In this document: positions 23,082 to 33,909 of the stretch, in pieces | Numbering within the stretch: the first letter of the stretch is position 1 | Layout of the letters: each line of letters starts with the position of its first letter | NCBI RefSeq assembly: GCF_039654945.1 | Contig: NW_027361842.1 | Location: 7,936,001 to 8,000,000 of the forward strand | Source: Dendrobates tinctorius | Taxonomy: Eukaryota | DNA length: 64,000 bases | Direction: 5' to 3' | Position numbers and translations under genes: made by a program | Notes under the pieces: model-generated | Databases searched by the model: none | The model's input: the letters and a program-made list of their open reading frames with translations, nothing else | What the model was told of the DNA's origin: nothing

Positions 23082-24526
23082 ATAATAATAATCTTTATTT
23101 ATATAGCGCCAACATATTCCGCAGCGCTTTACAGTTTAACAGTTTCAAAACACAAGTCATAAGTAACAACGCTAACAATACAATAATTAAAGCAAAATAA
23201 GACGAAATAAGACGACCCTGCTCGTGAGAGCGTACAATCTACAATGAGGTGAGGGAGATACAGAGTACAGGTGTGTATTTACAATGGTGTATTTACAATG
23301 AAGGTCCAGCCATCTTGCAGGAGTGAAGGATGGATGGAGATAGTGAATGGGCTACGCACGCACACTTACACAGAGAATGACTTTGATTAGTGAATGTGAT
23401 AGGCCGCTCTGAACAGGTGTGTTTTGAGGGAGCGCCTAAAACTATGCAAATTGTGGATAGTCCTGATTTCTTGGGGTAGAGCATTCCAGAGGATAGGAGC
23501 AGCACGGGAGAAGTCTTGGAGTCGGGAGTGGGAGGTACGGATTAGTGCAGAGGTTAGTCGAAAGTCGTTTGCAGAGCGCAGCGATCGGCTAGGCCGATAG
23601 ACAGAAATGAGAGAAGAGATGTAAGGGGGTGCCGCACTGTGGAGAGCTTTGTGGGTGAGAACAAGTACTTTGAATTGGATCCTATAATGAATGGGCAGCC
23701 AATGTAAGGACTGGCAAAGAGCGGACGCGTCCGAGTACCGATTACCCAGATGGACGATCCTGGCTGCTGCATTGAGTATGGACTGGAGAGGGGATAGTCG
23801 AGTGACGGGGAGGCCAATTAATAGAGCGTTGCAGTAATCCAGGCGAGAGTGGATCAATGCAACAGTGAGGGTTTTTGTTGTTTCCATAGTGAGAAAAGGG
23901 CGGATTCTAGGGATGTTCTTTAGGTGTAAGCGGCAAGAGCGGGCAAGGGATTGTATATGGGATGTAAAGGAGAGATTGGTGTCAAACATAACACCCAGAC
24001 AGCGCACCTGCTGCCGGGGTGTTATTGTGGTACCACCCACGGAGAAGGAAATGTCAGATTTAGGGAGGTTAGTAGACGGCGGGAGCAGAAGAAGTTCAGT
24101 TTTGGAGAGGTTGAGCTTCAGATAGAGAGCGGACATGATATTGGAGACTGCGGACAGACAGTCACTGGCGTTCTGTAGTACAGCGGGGGTAAGGTCGGGG
24201 GAAGACGTATATAGTTGTGTGTCATCAGCATAAAGATGGTACTGAAAGCCAAATCTGCTGATGGTCTGTCCAATTGGGGCCGTGTAGAGAGAGAAAAGAA
24301 GGGGGCCAAGGACTGAGCCCTGAGGTACCCCGACAGCAAGAGGAAGAGGAGATGACGTGGAGCCAGAGAACAAAACACTGAAGGAGCGGTCAGAGAGATA
24401 GGAAGAGAACCAGGAGAGTGCAGTGTCCTTAATGCCTAGTGACTGGAGCCTAGAGAGTAGGAGATGGTGGTCAACAGTATCGAAAGCTGCAGATAGGTCA
24501 AGAAGAATGAGCAGAGAGTGGTCACC
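23082..24526 (-). mobile_element. 5'-truncated L2 (CR1/L2 clade) LINE inserted in Gypsy 2 gag
   Basis: Open RT ORF with [48 protein letters not shown]; (ATT)n tail at 23082-23092; GTTA repeated at both junctions; gag resumes at 24531. Confidence 0.92.
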
Positions 24527-27205
24527 GTTACTGGCTGCGTGATTCCCTACGGAACGGGTTAAGGTGGGGTTTCTTATTTTCCTTCTGTCGGGCAGGGCGT
24601 TGGAGTGGGCCACGCCACTGTGGGAGCGTGGTGACCCTGAGGTTCGGACCGCTGCTCAGTTCTTAACATCAAGCAGGTTTTATTGGGACCACAGGTTACA
24701 CACAATACCTCTCTTCAGCTCCTTGCATTAACTCAGGGATCACTCTCGGTCAGCCAGTATGCTGTTCGTTTTCGGACACTGGCTTCAGAGCTGGAGTGGT
24801 CTGAAAGAGCCCTCATCCCTGTGTTTTGGAGAGGTTTAGCTGAGCATGTTAAGGATGTTCTATCTACCAGAGAGGTTCCTGCAAGTCTGGAGGAGCTGAT
24901 TGCAATTGCCACCCGCATTGATCTCCGTTTCTTGGATCGCGGGCTGGAGCGTGCTCAATCCAGACGGAGGGTTACTCCGGCTCCCAACCTCTTTGAACCT
25001 CTGGAATCACCCGAGCCAGAGTGTTCACTCCCAGAGCCCATGGAGGTGTCTCGTGCCAGTCTCGAGGCTAGTCCGGCACTAAGCTCCACTTGCGGCTACC
25101 ACTGTCAACACTCTGTTCCCCAGGATAACGGGGCCCCGCAATGGCCAAACTCTGTGCCGCCGGGCAAGACCTTTGTCCCCCCTCGCCTTCGGCTGAAGGT
25201 TCTCGCGTGGGCACACGCCTCTAGGGCGGGTGGTCACTGTGGCTACATGCAGACCACAAAACTCCTGGCAGGGTCATATTGGTGGCCACACAGGGCTCGG
25301 GACATTAAAAAATATATTCGGGCATGCGCCTCATGTGCTCGGGATAGCCTCCTTAAACAGAGAGTGGAAACGTCCGCCGACACACCGCGGCGTTCCACTT
25401 CATCCTATGCTCCGGGCGGTTTTGCCACTCCCGTTGTATCCCACGTGTCCCTTCTTAAACCTGGCGATCTTGCCGCCTGATACCTTCCACGGGTCCCAGT
25501 TTTCCGTGTCATCTACCGTGACATCAGACTTGCCTTCGGACGAGTCTGAGACCTATGCCTCTGATGGGCACAAGGTGGTGGATTGGAAGGCTCAGAAGGT
25601 AGGGGGCCCTAGGAGGGGGGGTAATGTTAGGCGTCGGGTTTCTGCGTCTGCTCTGCAGGAATCCAGAGCCTCACATTCTGCGGTCTCCTGCTATCTACTG
25701 CAGAGATTACTTTACAGCAGACCGCTCCAGAGACTAAGTCCCTCTGTACTCCTACTGGGCATGCTCACGAGGCAATCTCCCATTGGAGATCAGGAGTCAT
25801 GTGCCCAGGTCCTGCTCCAGATCTCATTGGTCCATCTCAGAGATCTGGAAGGTCCCACACGGCTATAAAAAGCGCGCATGACCGTTCGGCCATGCCCTAG
25901 TAGACTTTTCAAGCTAAATGTGTGAATGGTGACGGATGTATGACTCTGGTGACTGACTCATTTGAAACCCCTTCCCTCTGATATTAAGCATATGGATAGG
26001 GAATTAGTGCAGCAGTCAGTGGCAAACCTTAGGCCACTGTGCACACCGCACCTCTGCTCTAGCGTCCGACATTGCGCCTGCTTCCTAGCCTTGTCGTCTA
26101 GCGGCCGTGCCCTACGCCACGCTGAAGTTGCAGCCCTCCTTGGTGTCCGCAGTAGCGACGCCGCACACACGGTAGGTCTAGACGGATGCAGCTCCTCTGC
26201 CTTTGGTCCTGCTCCTGTGACCAGATACTGTGTGTGCATTTCTCTGTGATCTGACACTAACAGGCTCAGCGTTTTCGTATGTTTAGGCGCCTCTGTGTGT
26301 GAACAGAGCCCGCTTTGCGCACTTCGGGTGAAGTCTAACCCGTGCGCATTATACCGCCATATTGCTCGTTGTTATGCCGCGCTCACCAGGAGGCGGGGCT
26401 TCGGCCCCGACGTCACTCCCTCTGGTACTGCGGTCCCTCAGGGGTCCCCGTCGGGTGCGCACGCGCAACTCTCGTCCCCGGGTCTTCTCCTCCATGTCAC
26501 GTTTGCGCTTGCGCGTTCCTGTCAGTGCTGTATAGGGCTCGGTCCTCTCTATGGTATTGGAGGACCTGCCCCGGAACCACTAGTGGTCATGTGCTTTCGG
26601 GCCAGGTCCTGACCCGGAACCAGTAGTAGTCATGTGCTATATCAGACGACCTCCCCCTAGGGGAGGTGCCTGATTATTGTTGTGCTTCCTGGCTGGGTCA
26701 GCTGTGTCCCAGCCTGGCTGTGCGCTGTTCTCAGGTCCTCTGCTCTGTCTGCTATTCTGTGGTGCTCCTAGCACTTGCTCTGAACCCTTGTTGCTTCATG
26801 CTCAGTTGTGCCTCCTGGCACATCCTCTCGTATCCTGTCCCTTGTTTCTTGCTCCGCCGTGCCTCCTGGCATTCACTCTATTCCTGTGTTCTGTTACTTG
26901 CTACACGCCTTATGTGCCCACGTGTACCCGTCTAGCACTACCCTGTACTCAGCGCACTCCCGTGTACTCTCCTGTGTTCCCTAGTATCCTGCACCCTCCA
27001 GTCACACAGTCTCGTATCTCCTGTGAGCCGGCCGCCTGGTGCCAGCAGTCGTGGTATCGTATCCCCTGGGGCTTGCTCCTGACACTCCCTGTATAGGGGG
27101 TGGTCCTCACTAGGCTAGCTCGCCCTGGGAGGGTTGGTGCCGCGACCCAGAGGGTCCACTCCAGGAGTCGCTAACACTCTAACAGTATAACAGTATAATC
27201 AGGCC

Positions 27206-29451
27206 ATGGACCCCGCTGGTACTGCGGCTTCCGTCCAAAAGGAGCTGACGTTCCTCCGGGAAAACCAGATTAGGATTATGGCATTTCTCAAGTCCATGGA
27301 GTCCGGTTTATCTGCCTCTCAGTCCTCTGAGCCTGGGAATGCTGCCCAGTTGGCTAGTCTCCAGCAGGAACTTGCGCAGCAACGTGACTCCCAGGCTCAG
27401 ATTCTCAACTATATAGCGTCGGTAGATAATCGGCTCGTTTCCATACAATCTGCCCAGGCCATGTTCCACACTCGCTTCCGCGCCTATGTAAGCCACCCCG
27501 GTATAGTGGTGACCCTGTGTTGTGTCGCGGATTCCTGAACCAGTGTCGTTTGCATTTTGAGTTTTTGCCGCAGCATTACCCCACCGATCGTGCTAAAATA
27601 GCATTTATTGTTTCTCACTTAGAGGGTAAGGCGCTTGCGTGGGTGAATCCCCTTTGGGAGCGTGATGACCCGCTCGTCGCTCAGCTTTCCATCTTTTTGG
27701 ACACTTTCCGTAAGGTGTTCGACGAGCCGGGTCGCCTTGCTTCCACCACCGAGTCCCTCTTTAATCTTCGTCAAGGTTCTCTATCGGTTGGACAATACGC
27801 GATATGTTTTCGCACTTTGTCCTCTGAGCTAGGTTGGAATAATGATGCCCTCGTAGGGGCCTTTTGGCGTGGTCTGTCCGGTCGGATCAAAGACGAACTG
27901 GCGGGCCGAGATACCCCTACCAATTTGGAGGATCTTATCTCTCTCGCGACACGCATTGATTTGCGCTTCCAGGAGCGCACCCGCGAGTCAGCCAGAGAGA
28001 GAGGGTCCTCTCGCCTCTCTTCGTCCACTCGCAGTTTTTCTCATCCGTTACCCGAGTTATCTGCGGCAGATCCGGTACCTGAGCCTATGCAGGTGGATCG
28101 CCTCCAGATAGCTCAACGGCGTCATGTGAAAAGGCAGGCACAAGGGCTCTGTTTCTATTTTGGGGATGCCTCCCACTTTCTACGCTCATGTCCCAAGAGA
28201 CCGGGGAAGTCTCTCCGCCTGGGACTGTTAAGTGAGGTCTCCTCAAGTGTATGTGATTCCTTTCTGCCCCTGACCGTGCCTGTCTCCCTGAATTTTGGTT
28301 TCGAGACTTTTGCTGTGAAAGCTATTGTGGACTCTGGCGCAATGGGTAACTTTATTAGTCTCGAGGCAGTTAAGAAGTTTCGCATCCCTGTCAGATCCCT
28401 GGAGTCTCCTAGGTCAGTAGTTCCGGTCGACGATAAGCCCTTGCAGGACACCGTTAACCAGGTCACTGTGGAAGTTGAGTTGCAGATTGGCACGTCATCG
28501 GGAGCGGATCTCCTTCTACGTATTGCCGACTTCGCCTCATACCCTTCTTCTTGGCCTTCCTTGGTTACGTATTCATGGGCCGACCCTGGACTGGCAATCT
28601 GGTGATATACTCCATTGGGGACCGTCCTGTCAAAAGAGTTGCCTGTTGTTCATTCATCCGAAGAACCCTGCTTGCTCGTCTTCGACGGTTATAGGTCCGC
28701 CGTCCACCATCCCGTCTGTGACTTGTGACATTGTCGAGAAGGAGGCTGAGAGTCAGTCTCCACATCCGTCAAGCATCCCGTCTGTGACTTGTGACATTGT
28801 CGAGAAGGAGGCTGAGAGTCAGTCTCCACATCCTTCAAGCAACCGGTCTGTGACTTGTGACATTATCTACAGGGGGGCTGAGAGTCAGTCCCCATCTCCG
28901 TCAAGTGACCGTCCCAAGGTAATTACCGTGGCTTCCGTCAAGTTGACGCCCCAGCGTCCAGGGGAGACCTTTGTGTCTAAAGGTAACCGTAAAGGTGTGT
29001 TATCCTGGGGACATTCTTCTCCGGCTGCCGGTCATGTTGGTGCCAAGAGGACACTCTCCCGTTTATCCCACGATTACTGGTGGCCGTCTATTGCTCAGGA
29101 CGTCAAAGACTTCGTGGCTGCTTGCCCATCGTGTGCCAAGAAGAGACTTCCCAAGCAACCATCCTCCGACAGCTCGCCTCCTAAGGATGAATTGACTTCC
29201 AATGACTGCACCACCACTTTGGCCTCCAAGCATGTCTGTGTGCCTCTGCCGGTTCGACCTGTCTCAGGGATACCTGCCTCCGACTCTCTGTCCGTGGAGT
29301 TCTCCAGGGTATGGCAGGAGAACGAATTTTCTCGTATTGAGACTCTGGATCTCATTGGTCCTCATGCAGTTAGGAAGTGTCTGGATCCCGCTCCTAGTGT
29401 CAAGGTGCTATTTTCCAGTTCTAGAGAGAGGGGGCTTAAAGGAGGGGGTAC
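27206..29451 (+). pseudogene. Gypsy 3 gag-protease-(deleted RT/RH)-integrase zinc-finger coding region
   Basis: MDPAGTAASVQKEL; CRGFLNQCRLHF; AIVDSGAMGNF; LLLGLPWL; GHSSPAAGHVG...YWWPS...CPSC. Frameshifts near 27455 and 28490. Confidence 0.85.
28708..28905 (+). repeat. 63-bp in-frame triplication at the deletion junction of Gypsy 3
   Basis: Repeated peptide (S)VTCDIVEKEAESQSPHPSS, three copies. Confidence 0.85.
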
Positions 29452-32330
29452 TGTTATGCCGCGCTCACCAGGAGGCGGGGCTTCGGCCCCGACGTCACTC
29501 CCTCCGGTACTGCGGTCCCTCAGGGGTCCCCGTCGGGTGCGCACGCGCAACTCTCGTCCCCGGGTCTTCTCCTCCATGTCACGTTTGCGCTTGCGCGTTC
29601 CTGTCAGTGCTGTATAGGGCTCGGTCCTCTCTATGGTATTGGAGGACCTGCCCCGGAACCACTAGTGGTCATGTGCTTTCGGGCCAGGTCCTGACCCGGA
29701 ACCAGTAGTAGTCATGTGCTATATCAGACGACCTCCCCCTAGGGGAGGTGCCTGATTATTGTTGTGCTTCCTGGCTGGGTCAGCTGTGTCCCAGCCTGGC
29801 TGTGCGCTGTTCTCAGGTCCTCTGCTCTGTCTGCTATTCTGTGGTGCTCCTAGCACTTGCTCTGAACCCTTGTTGCTTCATGCTCAGTTGTGCCTCCTGG
29901 CACATCCTCTCGTATCCTGTCCCTTGTTTCTTGCTCCGCCGTGCCTCCTGGCATTCACTCTATTCCTGTGTTCTGTTACTTGCTACACGCCTTATGTGCC
30001 CACGTGTACCCGTCTAGCACTACCCTGTACTCAGCGCACTCCCGTGTACTCTCCTGTGTTCCCTAGTATCCTGCACCCTCCAGTCACACAGTCTCGTATC
30101 TCCTGTGAGCCGGCCGCCTGGTGCCAGCAGTCGTGGTATCGTATCCCCTGGGGCTTGCTCCTGACACTCCCCGTATAGGGGGTGGTCCTCACTAGGCTAG
30201 CTCGCCCTGGGAGGGTTGGTGCCGCGACCCAGAGGGTCCACTCCAGGAGTCGCTAACACTCTAACACTCTAACAGTATAACACTCGTCTGTCATTACCAA
30301 GCAGTGGTGTAACACCTACTGCACGATGGGCCCCAAGCGGCGAACGCACTTTATTATTTATTTTTATTTAGTGCGTTCCGCCGTTCCTAACATTATGACT
30401 CCAAGTAAATCAAACTTCTGTGAAATCAAACTGGTCACTTACGAAGCAACACTGATTGACAATCAATTTCACATGCTGTTGTGCAAATGGAATAGACAAC
30501 AGATGGAAATTATTGGCAATTATCAAGACACCCTCAATAAAGGAGTGGTTCTGCAGGTGGGGACCACAGACCACATCTCAGTACCAATGCTTTCTGGCTG
30601 ATGTTTTGGTCACTTTTGAATGTTGGTTGTTTTCACACTTGTGGAAGCATGAGACGGACTCTACAACCCACACAAGTGGCTCAGGAAGTGAAGCTCATCC
30701 AGGATGGCACATTAATGCAAGCTGTGGCAAGAAGGTTTACTGTGTCTGTCAGTGTAGTGTCCACAGGCGCTACCAGGAGACAGGCCAGTACACTAGGAGA
30801 CTTGGAGGGGGCCGATAGAGGGCAACAACCCAGCAGCAGGACCCCTACCTCTGCCTTTGTGCAAGGACGAACAGGAGCACAGCCAGAGCCCTGCAAAATG
30901 ACCTCCAGCAGGTCACAAATGTGCATGTGTCTGCACAAACGGTTAGAAATCGACTCCATGAGGATGGTCTGAGTGCCCGACGTCCACAGACGAGGGTTGT
31001 CCCTCACTCTGTACTCCGTCTCTCATTTTGGTACTATTGTCTTCTCCGGTTCTGACCTACTGGCTTGGCTATTGTTACTCCATTACAGTTTGTCCCTATT
31101 TTTACCGTCCATTGCCCGTTCTGGTTTTCTGATCTATTGCTACGTCCTGACTATTCGCTCTGTCTAACCCTTTGGTACTGTCCTGCTATCTCGTGCTTTG
31201 ACCGGCTTGATCTGGTTTACGTCCCTGTCTATGCCCCTTGGTAACTTGTCCCGTAGTTACCTTTCTAGGAGTTTCCCTGCAGCTCCTAGCTCTGTGGAGC
31301 TTAGGTCACGCCCCCAGCAGCCACGTGCTTCAGGTCCTGATAGTCTGAAGCACGCATTGTCACCACTGCTGCCCCGCTCCACAGGTATCTTTTTTTGCAC
31401 TGATTTTGTACTCAGGACACGCGCACTGGCTCAGTGAGCAAGTGCAGTGCGGTGTTCCTGACAATTTCTTTGGTAGCCTGACTGCCATTAGGAACCGAGA
31501 TGGGATCCTCAGACTCCTTGTGAGACCATATGCTGGTGCGGTTAGCTCTGGGTTCCTCCTAATGCAGGACAATGCCAGACCTCATGTGGCTGGAGTGTGT
31601 CAGCAGTTCCTGCAAGATAAAGGCATTGTAGCTATGGACTGGCCCGCCCGTTCCCCAGACCCGATTGAGCACATCTGGGACATCTTGTCTCGCTCCATCC
31701 ACCAACGTCACGTTGCACCACAGACTGTCCATGAATTGGCGGATGCTTTAGTCCAGGTCTGGGAGGAGATCTTTTAGGAGACCATCCAATGCCTCATTAG
31801 GAGCATGCCCAGGAGTTGTAGGGAGGTCATACAGGCACGTGGAGGCCACACACACTACTGAGCATCATTTTGACTTGTTTTAAGGACATTACATTCCACC
31901 TTAATTTTGTGTGTGACTCCAAATCCAGGCCTCCATTGGTTAATAAATTTGATTTCCACTGATGATTTTGTGTGATTTTGTTGTCGGCACATTCAACTTT
32001 GCACAGAACAAAGTATTCAATGAGAATATTTCATTCATTCAGATCTAGGATGTGTTATTTGAGTGTTTCCTTTATTGTTTTGAGCAGTGTATATCATATG
32101 TGTGTGTATGTGTATATGTGTGTGTGTGTTTTGAAAAATATTATTTTAAAGCACGGTGCAAAGCACAGAAAACTGTTGTATGTAAAAGCTCATGTTAAAA
32201 TTGCATTGCATACGCATGTCATACAGATGTTCCTTTTAAATATCACACAGAAATCGCATGGCACTCATCTGTTTTCTCGGTCCGGAATTCGGACCGTTTT
32301 TTTCTCTCGCAGATGGGTATGAGTCCTTAC

Positions 32331-33424
32331 CTTGTAATCAGGAAGGGACGGCAGCCATTTTTTATGGCTTGAATATTTTTTAAAGGTTTTAGAATCTCTC
32401 TTTTGGTTTCCCTGTGTGCAGAAGAGGTTCACATGGACGTGGCATGTTATTCTACTGCAATCTGCAAAACAATGTTTAAGTAATTTTAGTGTTTCTCATT
32501 CATATGTGGGAGAATTGGACATTTGGCCCCTTTGATGCCCAGAACCAGAGGGGCCGGCGGGATAGAGTGGAATTAGCTGTGGGCATCACGATATAAGGGC
32601 CACGTGCCGTCAGTGCCCACAGTAACTTAACCCTTACGTCGCCCTTCGGTGCCCACTCTGATGCCAGGGCTGACGCCCAAGACCTGATGGGCCGGCGGGA
32701 GGGAGTGGAATTCTAACAGATGTGGGCATCACGATGTAAGGGGCACGTGCCGTCAGTGCCCACAGTAACTTAACCCTTACAACGCCAACCTTCGGTGGCC
32801 ACTCTGATGCCAGAGCTGACGCCCAGGACCTGATGGACCGGCGGGAGGGAGTGGAATTCTAACAGATGTGGGCATCACAATATAAGGGCCACATGCCGTC
32901 AGTGCCCACAGTAACTTAACCCTTACAACGCCGACCTTCGGTGGCCACTCTGATGCCAGAGCTGACGCCCAGGACCTGATGGACTGGCGGGAGGGAGTGG
33001 AATTCTAACAGATGTGGGCATCACGATATAAGGGCCACGTGCCGTCAGTGCCCACAGTAACTTAACCCTTACAACGTCGCCCTTCGGTGCCCACTCTGAT
33101 GCCAGGGCTGACGCCCAGGACCTGATGGGCCGGTGGGAGTGGAATTCCAACAGATGTGGGCATAACAATGTGAGGGGCACTTAACCCTTAGAATGCCGCC
33201 CTCCGGTGTCCCCTCTGACGCCAGTCTATCAGAAGGCAGCCGCCTTTCGGTGCACTCACATCCGGGAATCCTCGGTACATTGGATTTGATCATTGGGACT
33301 TTTGTTGCTAAACCTGTAAAAATAAACAAAAAACAACAAAAAAACAAAAGAAAACCCATTTGTAAGAAGCCAACTTCAGCCCGGTACCGGGGGAGAGCGG
33401 AGGCAGGCGGGCAATACTCGTCAT
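32331..33424 (-). CDS. First three coding exons of an unidentified host gene (candidate)
   Basis: Exons 33424-33388 (ATG), 33313-33260 and 32461-32331, with GT-AG sites and matching phases, give MTSIARLPPLSPGLATKVPMIKSNVPRIPGYCSRITCHVHVNLFCTQGNQKRDSKTFKKYSSHKKWLPSLPDYK. Starts in a CpG-rich region. No homolog recognised. Confidence 0.5.
32550..33225. repeat. 146-bp tandem repeat (about 4.5 copies)
   Basis: TTAACCCTTAC recurs at 32770, 32916 and 33062. Confidence 0.9.
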
Positions 33425-33900
33425 GAAATTCAATTGGAAAAATGACTGTCTGATACACAGGCGTGTACATAAGAAAACAATTCCCCCAAAGGTAGAAACC
33501 CCCGTAAGCTCCGTGCTGCAGGCACCACGCCGTGCACACCCCATGCCTTCGTTGCCTGCTGTGGCTCTGCCTAATGGGGGTGTCGCAGTTTCTGCTGAAT
33601 TTGTCCCCCCCGCCCATCCGTATCACCTCCCCCCCTCCTATCGCCCCCGTTGATCACATAGTACTGTGCGCATGCGCGTTGTATCCTCTCCCCGCCCGCC
33701 GCCTCCTCCTCCTCTCCCCGGTTTTATTGCCGCTCCGCTCACCACCCGGAGGCGCCGGGCACAGGGTGGAAGCTCTGCCGGCTGAAAGGACCACACAGCC
33801 GCCGCCAACTGGACTGGGGCTCCCGCTACAAGTTGTCCTCACACAGTGACAGCAGCACGGTAGGTGGCCCCGGGACTCAGCGGCGCTGCCAGGGTGGGAG
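33380..33900. promoter_or_regulatory. CpG-island-like candidate bidirectional promoter with probable plus-strand non-coding first exon ending at 33859
   Basis: High CpG density outside any recognisable TE, NRF1-like TGCGCATGCGC at about 33667, GC boxes, and donor-like ACG|GTAGGT at 33859/33860. Confidence 0.6.
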
Positions 33901-33909
33901 ATGCGGTGC

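Larger units (their letters stand above)
26370..30282 (+). mobile_element. Young non-autonomous Ty3/Gypsy element 3 inserted in the 3' LTR of element 2
   Basis: LTRs 26370-27192 and 29452-30282 are almost identical; perfect CTCGT TSD (26365-26369, 30283-30287). The 2.26-kb interior has gag, protease and integrase H2C2 only. Confidence 0.95.
21940..30392 (+). mobile_element. Non-autonomous Ty3/Gypsy element 2 (gag plus integrase zinc-finger and chromodomain remnants)
   Basis: 5' LTR 21940-22806 and 3' LTR 25625-30392 (interrupted at 26370-30282), TGTT...AACA termini, TSD ATATG/TTATG (one mismatch), PPT before 25625. No RT or RNase H motifs. Confidence 0.88.
21896..32089 (+). mobile_element. 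Tc1-like element split by an 8.45-kb LTR-element insertion
   Basis: TIRs CACTGCTCAAGAAAATAAAGGGAACACT and AGTGTTTCCTTTATTGTTTTGAGCAGTG+TA. Transposase remnants at 30650-31000 and 31470-31860 (MQDNARPH, WPARSPD.IEHIWD). Confidence 0.88.

Noticed and set aside
24531-24613. First 28 aa of the 408-aa L2 ORF
   Set aside because: Derived from antisense Gypsy gag beyond the L2 5' truncation point.
16570-29451. PEG10/RTL domesticated genes
   Set aside because: Flanked by LTRs, PPT and TSDs, with frameshifts; these are ordinary sushi-like retrotransposons.
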